Shown here piece by piece: positions 16,971 through 24,180 of a stretch of 64,000 bases of DNA; the stretch's first letter is position 1; each line of letters starts with the position of its first letter. Under the pieces are notes generated by a model. It was not told where the DNA came from, did not search any database, and saw only the letters and a list, made by a program, of their open reading frames with translations. Position numbers and translations under genes: made by a program. This DNA is from an uncultured Candidatus Saccharibacteria bacterium (GTDB lineage: Bacteria; Patescibacteriota; Saccharimonadia; Saccharimonadales; 2-12-FULL-41-12): assembly GCA_964404795.1 (NCBI GenBank), contig CAYOLI010000003.1, positions 31,621 to 95,620 of the forward strand, written 5' to 3'.

Positions 16971-18176
16971 ATGATCATTTGCAAGAACAGGATCAAGGTC
17001 GCCTCCTGGGCGATCACCCTTATCATCACGACGCTTGCGTTTGTGATGATGGCTAACACGGCTTCAGCAAATAGTCGAGGTCAGTGTAACGTGTCACCTG
17101 GCAACACGGTGACTTCCACCAGTGAATGGCTCGGCGTCCTCCGCAAGGAAGGCGTTACCGGACAGGTAGGACGAGTATTCAACTCCGCAGGATATCGGTC
17201 TTATGACCAAAATCTTCGGCAGTGGATGAGTCAACGTGTCATTCGTACGAAGTCCCACCGTTCATTCCGAGCAGTGGATTACGGTTGTCGGGGCGGCAAC
17301 CTCTTTTCGGTAGGAATTCGTTCCTACGGGAAGGGCAAGCAGATCTTTGTGGTTATGCCTTTGAAATACTCAAAGGCGGACTTTCGCACTCGAAAGAGTG
17401 GAGGTTACACCAAAAAGGTCGCTATTTCGGTGAAGGTGATTGGTCTTTCTGATTGCGGAAATCCCGTGATTGGAACCACCACTATCATCGTTTGGGTCAA
17501 GGGTAGTAAACCCAGCAGTCCAAGCAAGCCGAAGCCGACCCCCAAGCCGACTCCAGCTCCGACCCCCGAGGTTGTGGTGAGTTGTCCTACCGGTACGAAC
17601 TGGAATGGAAGTCAGTGCGTTGGCAATGTAAACCAGGCCGAGCAGGACTGCCGTGCAACTGTTGGTGGCACATGGAATGGAGACATGTGTGTCAATACTC
17701 AGACCAACAACAATTGTGGCAACACGAATGTTGGGTCCGGTAACAATGCATCTGGGGACAACTGCAACACGACGAACATTTGTTCGAATGTTAACAGCCC
17801 TGCAGGTGTCGTCAATTGCACGGTCCCGCCTCAGGCGAAGTCAATCAAAATTACCTCATCGGTGACTTTGAATGATATCCCTGTAGGGAAGAACTCAGGA
17901 CCATTTACCCTTACGGTGAATGCTTCTGAGAGTGGCGGTAGTGTTACTGTTGACCCCGGGATTGGTGCTGTCAGCAAGTGTGACAGCACGACGCCTGTTG
18001 CTTCGGCAACATTTTCATCGCTCCCTGCTGGGAATTCGGAGTTGTGCGTTATTTTTTACGCACCCTCTGACCCGGCAAGGCCTACAAGTATGACGATCTC
18101 TATGGTCGCCACCCTCGGCAGTTCCAGCGACATCAAGTCGCAAACATTCGCAATCACCTACCCGGTTCGTCCGTAG
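16971..18176 (+). CDS. Secreted Cys-rich protein with a Pro/Thr/Lys linker; compositionally foreign (GC-rich)
   Basis: Strong RBS GAAGGAGGTGGAGAA before the ATG at 16971 (the ORF opens at 16938). Signal peptide MIICKNRIKVASWAITLIITTLAFVMMANTASA. Linker SKPSSPSKPKPTPKPTPAPTPE. Cys-rich NxC repeats. Clearly more GC-rich than its neighbours. Confidence 0.75.
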   Translation: MIICKNRIKVASWAITLIITTLAFVMMANTASANSRGQCNVSPGNTVTSTSEWLGVLRKEGVTGQVGRVFNSAGYRSYDQNLRQWMSQRVIRTKSHRSFRAVDYGCRGGNLFSVGIRSYGKGKQIFVVMPLKYSKADFRTRKSGGYTKKVAISVKVIGLSDCGNPVIGTTTIIVWVKGSKPSSPSKPKPTPKPTPAPTPEVVVSCPTGTNWNGSQCVGNVNQAEQDCRATVGGTWNGDMCVNTQTNNNCGNTNVGSGNNASGDNCNTTNICSNVNSPAGVVNCTVPPQAKSIKITSSVTLNDIPVGKNSGPFTLTVNASESGGSVTVDPGIGAVSKCDSTTPVASATFSSLPAGNSELCVIFYAPSDPARPTSMTISMVATLGSSSDIKSQTFAITYPVRP

Positions 18177-18244
18177 TTAGGTGGCTAAACCACAACATTC
18201 TAGAAAGGATGTGATGCCATTGTTTGTTTAATAGTTCATAGATC

Positions 18245-18314
18245 GGGTAACTGGTCACTTATATTTTTTGTTGAGCATATGCTCCGAAAAATCCCTAAGT
18301 GACCAGTTTTACCC
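18245..18314. repeat. Long inverted repeat enclosing a 12-bp perfect palindrome
   Basis: GGGTAACTGGTCACTTA ... TAAGTGACCAGTTTTACCC are 17-nt arms with a 2-nt bulge. They flank GAGCATATGCTC. The repeat lies between the GC-rich gene and the LPXTG gene. Confidence 0.7.
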
Positions 18315-18422
18315 AAGTTCATTGAATCATTAAAAACCAGTGTCTATCTGGCTTGCCAAAGATCAAACATTTTGTAGATTGAATTTTTATTTTAACCATT
18401 AATTTTTAAGAAGGAGAAGGTC

Positions 18423-19370
18423 ATGAAAAACCTTAAGAAATTTGCTTCTGCTACAACAGTTGCTGTTGTTGCAATCTTTGCTTCTGCTACCGTTTTTGCT
18501 GGTAGCCCGGGGCAATTGGCCGGTGGTGATAACTACTTGGCAAAAAATTTAACTAAAGGTGGCGATTACTCAAACAACGTTAGCGCTACTTGTGACGATA
18601 GCGTTCAATACAGTATGCAAATAAGCAATACTCAATTTGGCGCATTAAATAATGTAACTATGAAAGCATCTTTGCCAACAAATGGTGGCGTAAGCACTGC
18701 TGTAGTTACTACCGATTTGGGTGGTCAATCAGGCACCACTGACACTACATCAGTGACCTTGCCAGCTAACGCCAAGCAAGTTTTGGTAAACGGTTCTACC
18801 ACTTTATACGATGGTAACGGTAATGTTATAAAAACTTTACCTGACACTATTGTAAGTGGTGTCAACATTGGTACTCTTGCTGGTTCTACAACTGAGTTTG
18901 TCAACTTTAAAGTTAAAGTTGACTGTCCCAAGGAGCCCCCAGTAATTTCTACTGGAGCTTGTAAGTTGGTAAACGTAAATGTTAGCGATAACCGAAAAGT
19001 AACTGTATCAATCGATACAGTAGTAAACAATGCTACAATTGTTGGTTACAAAACTGACTTTGGTGATGGCACAGTTGCCAACACTCAGACCTCTAGCCAT
19101 GTTTATGCTAAAGACGGAACATACAAAATTGTTTCTAGCGTAAATGTAAAATATGCCGATGGTCACACCGAGTGGAAAACGGCTGATGCTTGTTCTAAGA
19201 GCGTAACGTTTACTCCTAATGAGGAGCCAGTTGTTACTCCTGTAACTCCAGCTACCCCAGAGGCATTGCCAGAGACAGGTGCTGGTAGTGTAGTTGCTCT
19301 CTTTACCGTAGTTAGTGCAGTAGCAAGTATTGCCTACTCGATTGTTAGCCGACGCTTGAGTCGTCAGTAA
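18423..19370 (+). CDS. LPXTG-anchored cell-wall surface protein with a PKD-like domain
   Basis: RBS AAGAAGGAGAAGG. Signal peptide. PKD-like DFGDGTVANTQTSSHVYAKDGTYKIV. C-terminal sorting signal LPETG, followed by a hydrophobic helix and RRLSRQ. Confidence 0.85.
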   Translation: MKNLKKFASATTVAVVAIFASATVFAGSPGQLAGGDNYLAKNLTKGGDYSNNVSATCDDSVQYSMQISNTQFGALNNVTMKASLPTNGGVSTAVVTTDLGGQSGTTDTTSVTLPANAKQVLVNGSTTLYDGNGNVIKTLPDTIVSGVNIGTLAGSTTEFVNFKVKVDCPKEPPVISTGACKLVNVNVSDNRKVTVSIDTVVNNATIVGYKTDFGDGTVANTQTSSHVYAKDGTYKIVSSVNVKYADGHTEWKTADACSKSVTFTPNEEPVVTPVTPATPEALPETGAGSVVALFTVVSAVASIAYSIVSRRLSRQ

Positions 19371-19490
19371 TTTGATTGTGGATAAACACTAGCGCCAAAC
19401 GGCAGTTTGTGCTATGGTAACAGTAGTTTAGCTACTAAGAGCACCGACTGACCGCTCTCGCACTAAATAAAAACATTTTAAGAGAAATAA

Positions 19491-19538
19491 GATCCCCCGA
19501 TGGTGATTGAGATATTTTGCCTCGGGGGATTTTTGTTT
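19491..19538 (+). terminator. Rho-independent terminator of the LPXTG gene
   Basis: 9-bp GC-rich stem ATCCCCCGA/TCGGGGGAT (19492-19500 and 19522-19530) followed by TTTTTGTTT. Confidence 0.8.
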
Positions 19539-19604
19539 GATATCTGTTTTTGGTAAACTTTAACGGTGGAAGAGTAGGTTGGGTTTACAACTAGTATAGA
19601 TTTT

Positions 19605-19663
19605 GGCCTCATCGTGCAGGCGGTTAGGACACCGGGTTTTCATCCCGGCAATAGGGTGAGGCC
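19605..19663 (+). pseudogene. T-arm-less copy of tRNA-Glu(UUC), either a pseudo-tRNA or a tRNA-like domain
   Basis: Matches tRNA-Glu at nearly every position over the first 52 nt (five differences, all within the D-arm). It then lacks GTTCGATTCCCCT and continues directly with TGAGGCC, a perfect complement of its own 5' GGCCTCA. No CCA. About 20 nt of the upstream flank is also duplicated. Confidence 0.75.
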
Positions 19664-19766
19664 CGCCAGTGGCGGGGCGCAAGGGAGCCAACTCTTGCAA
19701 ACTGGTTTGCAAAGATGTTGCGTTTGCGCTCGCCGAAGGTGAGTCGGTTCAGAATCGAACCCTCAT
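19661..19766 (+). ncRNA. Candidate structured RNA, homologous to the core of the 184-nt units at 1645-2012
   Basis: Hairpins at 19661-19678, 19693-19715 and 19729-19743, plus 19740-19765. They align with hairpins in the tRNA-Arg-linked units, with compensatory base-pair changes and shared bulges. Confidence 0.6.
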
Positions 19767-19788
19767 AGTTTACAATTAGTACAGATTT

Positions 19789-19863
19789 GGCCTCATCGTC
19801 TAACGGTTAGGACACCGGGTTTTCATCCCGGCAATAGGGGTTCGATTCCCCTTGAGGTCACCA
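19789..19863 (+). tRNA. tRNA-Glu (anticodon TTC)
   Basis: GGCCTCATCGTCTAACGGTTAGGACACCGGGTTTTCATCCCGGCAATAGGGGTTCGATTCCCCTTGAGGTCACCA. Anticodon loop TTTTCAT. Possible promoter TTCAGA-N17-TACAAT at 19748-19776. Confidence 0.9.
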
Positions 19864-19955
19864 AAAATTACTAACACCGTTAATTGAGTATTTCCTATTT
19901 ACCTAGCATAATATCTTGATTGATTAAGCCATAAGCAGTTACACTTGATATAGTT

Positions 19956-21386
19956 ATGCAATCAACTCTGAAAGCGCCAAATACACCGCTAGATTCGGTC
20001 AAGCGCACTAAAATTGTTGCCACAATTGGGCCTGCAACAAACAGTTATGAACAAGTACTAGCGATGATTAAGTCCGGGGCTAATGCAATTCGTATGAATT
20101 TTAGCCACGGAACACATGATGAGAGAGAGCAGCAAATAGCATGGATTAGGAAGGCCTCTGAAGAGTATGCAAAACCAGTCGCCATAATTCAAGATTTACA
20201 AGGGCCTAAGATGCGACTGGGTGATTTTGATGGGGTGATAACTGTTAAAAAAGGCCAACAACTGAGCTTCAAGTATAAGTCAAATTATGTCGAGGATGGT
20301 CATATACCACTTCAATATGATCTATCTAAAAAGGTTAAACGTGGCGAACGGATGAATTTGTTTGATGGGCGAATAAAAACAACAGTTGTTAGCGTGTCTG
20401 CTGGCGTGATACACGCCAAAGTGGAGAATGAAGGTATTTTAATAAAGCGAAAAGGCATAAATCTGCCAGATACTAATTTTAGTGGCAGCGTAATTACTAC
20501 CAAAGATAAAAAAGATATTGCTTTTGGGGCTACGCGAGATATTGACTACGTGGCACTGAGTTTTGTACACACCGCACAAGACGTTAAGGACTTAAAAAGG
20601 TTACTTAGAAACCACGGCAGTAGTGCAAAAATAATTGCCAAAATCGAAACCAAAGAAGCCAGCGATCAGATTGAAGATATAGTAAAAGAGGTCGATGGAA
20701 TAATGGTTGCTAGAGGCGATTTAGCTTCTGAAACGTCGCCAGAGTCGGTGCCGATAATGCAGAGACAGATTATTGGTTTGTGCTTGCAGTATACAAAGTT
20801 CAGTATCGTTGCGACACAGATGCTTGCCAGTATGGCTGAAGAGCCAGAGCCCACCAGAGCGGAGGTGTCGGATGTGGCAACAGCAGTTATAGTTGGCGTA
20901 GATGCGGTAATGCTATCGGATGAGACGGCCAACGGCAAACACCCCATAGAAGCCGTTAAGGTGATGAAACGAATTATTCTTTACACTCAAGACAATATGC
21001 CGCTCAGGGCAGAATTTGATTATGTTAGACAACATACGCCACAAACGGCTATATCGAAGGCAATTATTGGTTTGTCTAAAGATTTGAAAGCCAAGGCGGT
21101 GGTAGCCGAGACAAAATCTGGAGCAACGGCTCTTCAGATTGCTTCGTACAGAATTGATAAACCAATAATTGCGGTGACTTCGAGCGTACGAGTTGCCCAA
21201 CAACTCACATTGATTTATGGAGTAAAAAGCTATGTCCGACCAGATTCTAAGATGGCAGCGCTGAAGTTGACTAACTGGTTGCAGCTCAATCGAGCGCTCA
21301 GTAAAGGGGATATAGTCGTTAGTGTATCTGGTGAATATCCTGGTGTAGTTGGTACAACTGATACAATAAAGGTAAGAGTGTTGTAG
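19956..21386 (+). CDS. pyk: Pyruvate kinase
   Basis: RTKIVATIGPAT, NFSHG, IAKIETKEA and MVARGDL motifs; 476 aa. Confidence 0.95.
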   Translation: MQSTLKAPNTPLDSVKRTKIVATIGPATNSYEQVLAMIKSGANAIRMNFSHGTHDEREQQIAWIRKASEEYAKPVAIIQDLQGPKMRLGDFDGVITVKKGQQLSFKYKSNYVEDGHIPLQYDLSKKVKRGERMNLFDGRIKTTVVSVSAGVIHAKVENEGILIKRKGINLPDTNFSGSVITTKDKKDIAFGATRDIDYVALSFVHTAQDVKDLKRLLRNHGSSAKIIAKIETKEASDQIEDIVKEVDGIMVARGDLASETSPESVPIMQRQIIGLCLQYTKFSIVATQMLASMAEEPEPTRAEVSDVATAVIVGVDAVMLSDETANGKHPIEAVKVMKRIILYTQDNMPLRAEFDYVRQHTPQTAISKAIIGLSKDLKAKAVVAETKSGATALQIASYRIDKPIIAVTSSVRVAQQLTLIYGVKSYVRPDSKMAALKLTNWLQLNRALSKGDIVVSVSGEYPGVVGTTDTIKVRVL

Positions 21387-21392
21387 GGAATT

Positions 21393-22697
21393 TTGGTGGG
21401 CGATTCTATTTTTTATAAAAAGACGATTAAAGACATTGATCTTGCTGGTAAGGTGGCTTTGTTGCGGGCTGATTACAACGTACCGATGGAGAATGGCAAA
21501 ATCACTGATGATTACCGTATTAAAAAATCTTTGCCAACTATTCAATATTTGCTCGAGCGGGATTGCAAAGTGGTTATTTGCTCTCATCTTGGCCGCCCGA
21601 GTGGAAAAGATGACCTTTTGGCCTCGCTCGAACCGATAGCAAAAAGGTTGGCGAACCTGCTGAAGAAGAATGTAGGATTTGTAAATGATTGTGTAAGTGA
21701 TCAGGCAAAGAAATGCATAGAAGAGATGAATTCAAAAGATGTGTTGGTGCTCGAAAACCTAAGATATTACCCTGAAGAGGAAAAAAATGATCACGATTTT
21801 GCGCGTCGACTGGCGGAAGGGATAGATATTTTTGTACAAGATGGATTTGGGGTTTTGCACAGAGCACATGCTAGTACCGATGCAATTACAAAATTTTTAC
21901 CTAGCGTAGCAGGGTTTTTGGTCGAGGCGGAGATGACGGCGATCAACCGTTTTACAGTTGAGCCCCAAAGACCACTGATGGTCTTGGTTGGTGGGGCAAA
22001 AATTGGCGATAAGATAGACTTTATCGATAGATTTGTGGATTTTGCGGATATTGTAGCCATTGGTGGCGCAATGAGTAATACTTTTTTACTTGCTGAAGGG
22101 ATAGGTGTTGGTGAGAGTTTGGCCGAGCCAGAAGAAGTGCCACTTGCCAAGAAAATACTAGAAAAAGCACGTAAAAAAGCTAAGCAGGGAGAGTTTGTAT
22201 TTTATGTTCCACAAGACGGTGTAGTTTCGAAAAAGATGGAATCAAATACCACAACAAGAATTGTGGATTGGGGAACTCATATTATTGCCGATATCGAGAG
22301 CTACCCCAAAAAGCCGACTCGCGAAGCCGGTAAGATAGGTAGGGATGAACAGATTTTAGATATTGGTCCATTTTCGGGAGCATTTATTGCTGGCAGTATG
22401 CAACTAGCTAATACGGTTATTTGGAATGGAGCAATGGGAGTCACCGAGATTGAAGGACTGCTGTCGGCTTCTGGTCCGTTTTCGCATGGTACAGAGCTGG
22501 TTGTTGAGGCACTGCTTGGAAAATTTGGTCATCGTCCGCAAACATTTGTGGGCGGCGGAGATACGGCCGGTTATATAGAACAACGTAGTCTGGTCGAGCA
22601 TTTCGACCATGTTTCGACTGGTGGTGGGGCAAGCATGGAGCTGATGAGCGGCAAAAAACTTCCAGGAATAGAGGCATTACTTGATAAAGATAAGTGA
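21393..22697 (+). CDS. pgk: Phosphoglycerate kinase
   Basis: LLRADYNVP, CSHLGRP and STGGGASMEL motifs; TTG start. Confidence 0.95.
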   Translation: MVGDSIFYKKTIKDIDLAGKVALLRADYNVPMENGKITDDYRIKKSLPTIQYLLERDCKVVICSHLGRPSGKDDLLASLEPIAKRLANLLKKNVGFVNDCVSDQAKKCIEEMNSKDVLVLENLRYYPEEEKNDHDFARRLAEGIDIFVQDGFGVLHRAHASTDAITKFLPSVAGFLVEAEMTAINRFTVEPQRPLMVLVGGAKIGDKIDFIDRFVDFADIVAIGGAMSNTFLLAEGIGVGESLAEPEEVPLAKKILEKARKKAKQGEFVFYVPQDGVVSKKMESNTTTRIVDWGTHIIADIESYPKKPTREAGKIGRDEQILDIGPFSGAFIAGSMQLANTVIWNGAMGVTEIEGLLSASGPFSHGTELVVEALLGKFGHRPQTFVGGGDTAGYIEQRSLVEHFDHVSTGGGASMELMSGKKLPGIEALLDKDK

Positions 22698-22715
22698 TAC
22701 AATTTAAGCATAAGT

Positions 22716-23492
22716 ATGAACAGAACATTAATTGCCGGAAATTGGAAAATGAACTTACGGCCTTCTCAGGCCAGTTTGTTAGTGTCGCGTTTGCATAAGT
22801 CGATAAAATCGCATCGCGATATAGAGGTAGTTTTAGCTCCAAGTATGTTAGTTCTTCAGCCACTTAGCTTACAGATTGATCGTCGACGTTTTCGACTTGC
22901 TGCCCAAGATGCCTATCCGATTGACGAAGGTGCCTACACTGGCGAAGTCTCGTTTGCAATGCTACGCGATTTGGTTCATTACGCAATTGTTGGGCACTCG
23001 GAGCGTCGGATATATTTTGGTGAAGAACTAGGTCTAATTCGTGATAAAGTTACGGCGGCTGTTAGGAATGAGATTACGCCTATTTTATGCGTTGGCGAAA
23101 CTTCACGCGAAAGAAGAGCTAGCGAAACAAAGCAGGTACTTCATGATCAAATAGTAACCGCAATCAGTAATTTAACAGCAGACGAAGTAGAAAATTTGGT
23201 AATTGCTTACGAGCCAGTTTGGGCTATTAGTACTTTTGGTGGAGAACTTGCCAAGCCAGACCAGATAGAGCCAATCATTGGGTATATCCGATCGCAAGTT
23301 GGGGATTTGTACGGCAAGAAGGCCTCGAAGCAGGTTCGGGTTTTGTATGGTGGCAGTGTTGATGAGCACATTGTTAGTGGCTACTTGCAGATGAAGGGTT
23401 GCGACGGGGCATTGGTTGGCAATGCAAGTTTAAACTATCAAAAGTTTGCCAATATTGTCGAAGCGGCCTACAAACACGATAGGAAAGAATGA
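22716..23492 (+). CDS. tpiA: Triosephosphate isomerase
   Basis: IAGNWKMN, VGHSERR, IAYEPVWAI and YGGSV motifs. Confidence 0.95.
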   Translation: MNRTLIAGNWKMNLRPSQASLLVSRLHKSIKSHRDIEVVLAPSMLVLQPLSLQIDRRRFRLAAQDAYPIDEGAYTGEVSFAMLRDLVHYAIVGHSERRIYFGEELGLIRDKVTAAVRNEITPILCVGETSRERRASETKQVLHDQIVTAISNLTADEVENLVIAYEPVWAISTFGGELAKPDQIEPIIGYIRSQVGDLYGKKASKQVRVLYGGSVDEHIVSGYLQMKGCDGALVGNASLNYQKFANIVEAAYKHDRKE

Positions 23493-24157
23493 TGCCCAAG
23501 AAAACTACCCCAGAAGGTTCTAGCGAAGAGACAAAACAAACAACTCCTCATGGCGATCCAAGAGTGTTTGATGTAGCTAAGCCAGGACAGACGGCGGCCG
23601 CCGCAACATCGAGGCCAGTAATTGTTGGCCATGGTTCCATGATTAAACAAGACCCAATGGTTAAGCCAGCTACTCCAAAAGAGAAGATATCGACTGCTAG
23701 TTCTAAGACCATATCTCCGATAAACGATATTGACAACAAGAAAGAACAAACCGATAAATCTGAGGTTAATGAAGATAAAGAGTCCGTCGAGACACCAGAG
23801 GAAGTTTCTGATAAGGGCCAGAGTGAAACAGTGGAGGATAAAAAAACTGCGGATGAGTCAGATGCTTCACCAAACTCAAGCGGAGAGATATCGGCAAATG
23901 TGCTTGCGGATAAAGCACTTGAAAGTAAAGAAAAAAAACAACGCGCAGAACTTGAAGAAAAACGAGCTCAACAGGTCGAAGAACTAGTCAGTAGCAAGCA
24001 GTATTTTGTAAAGATTCACCAAGGGCCAACAGGCAGTTCGGCTGGTAATTGGTTGCTTGGATTGTTGTTATTGGTGGCTATAGTCACACTTATAGCAATC
24101 GATGCTGGACTGGTCGATATTGGTGTAAAATTGCCATTTGACCTTATAAAAAACTAG
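23489..24157 (+). CDS. Acidic, low-complexity protein with a C-terminal transmembrane anchor
   Basis: 222-aa ORF overlapping the tpiA stop (ATGA). Long E/K/D/S-rich region, then WLLGLLLLVAIVTLIAI near the C-terminus. No family recognised. Confidence 0.5.
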   Translation: MMPKKTTPEGSSEETKQTTPHGDPRVFDVAKPGQTAAAATSRPVIVGHGSMIKQDPMVKPATPKEKISTASSKTISPINDIDNKKEQTDKSEVNEDKESVETPEEVSDKGQSETVEDKKTADESDASPNSSGEISANVLADKALESKEKKQRAELEEKRAQQVEELVSSKQYFVKIHQGPTGSSAGNWLLGLLLLVAIVTLIAIDAGLVDIGVKLPFDLIKN

Positions 24158-24180
24158 CCATCCAGATACAATAGATTGGT

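Noticed and set aside
19661-19766. Identity with SRP (4.5S) RNA, 6S RNA, RNase P RNA or a self-cleaving ribozyme
   Set aside because: I could not find the SRP GGAA/AGCA helix-8 motifs, the RNase P CR-I/CR-V sequences, a 6S-type closed long helix or the hammerhead CUGANGA...GAAA core. This is only an eye-level check and needs an Rfam scan.
19605-19788. Reading the first tRNA-Glu-like copy as an intron-containing or split tRNA gene
   Set aside because: The anticodon arm is intact, so there is no canonical intron site. Downstream there is no 3' exon supplying a T-arm plus the TGAGGTC-ACCA acceptor end. The acceptor complement instead follows the variable region directly.
13837-19863. Classical tRNA-integrated genomic island with an integrase
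   Set aside because: The block is accessory-looking and abuts a partially duplicated tRNA-Glu. However, there is no integrase or recombinase gene, the duplicated part is the tRNA 5' portion rather than the usual 3' att core, and only one gene is compositionally foreign. I kept this only as a weak alternative explanation.
20913-21587. 224-aa minus-strand ORF spanning the pyk/pgk junction
   Set aside because: It is antisense to two well-supported glycolytic genes. Its composition is low-complexity and Cys/Arg/His-rich, typical of shadow frames, and it shows no recognisable motifs.
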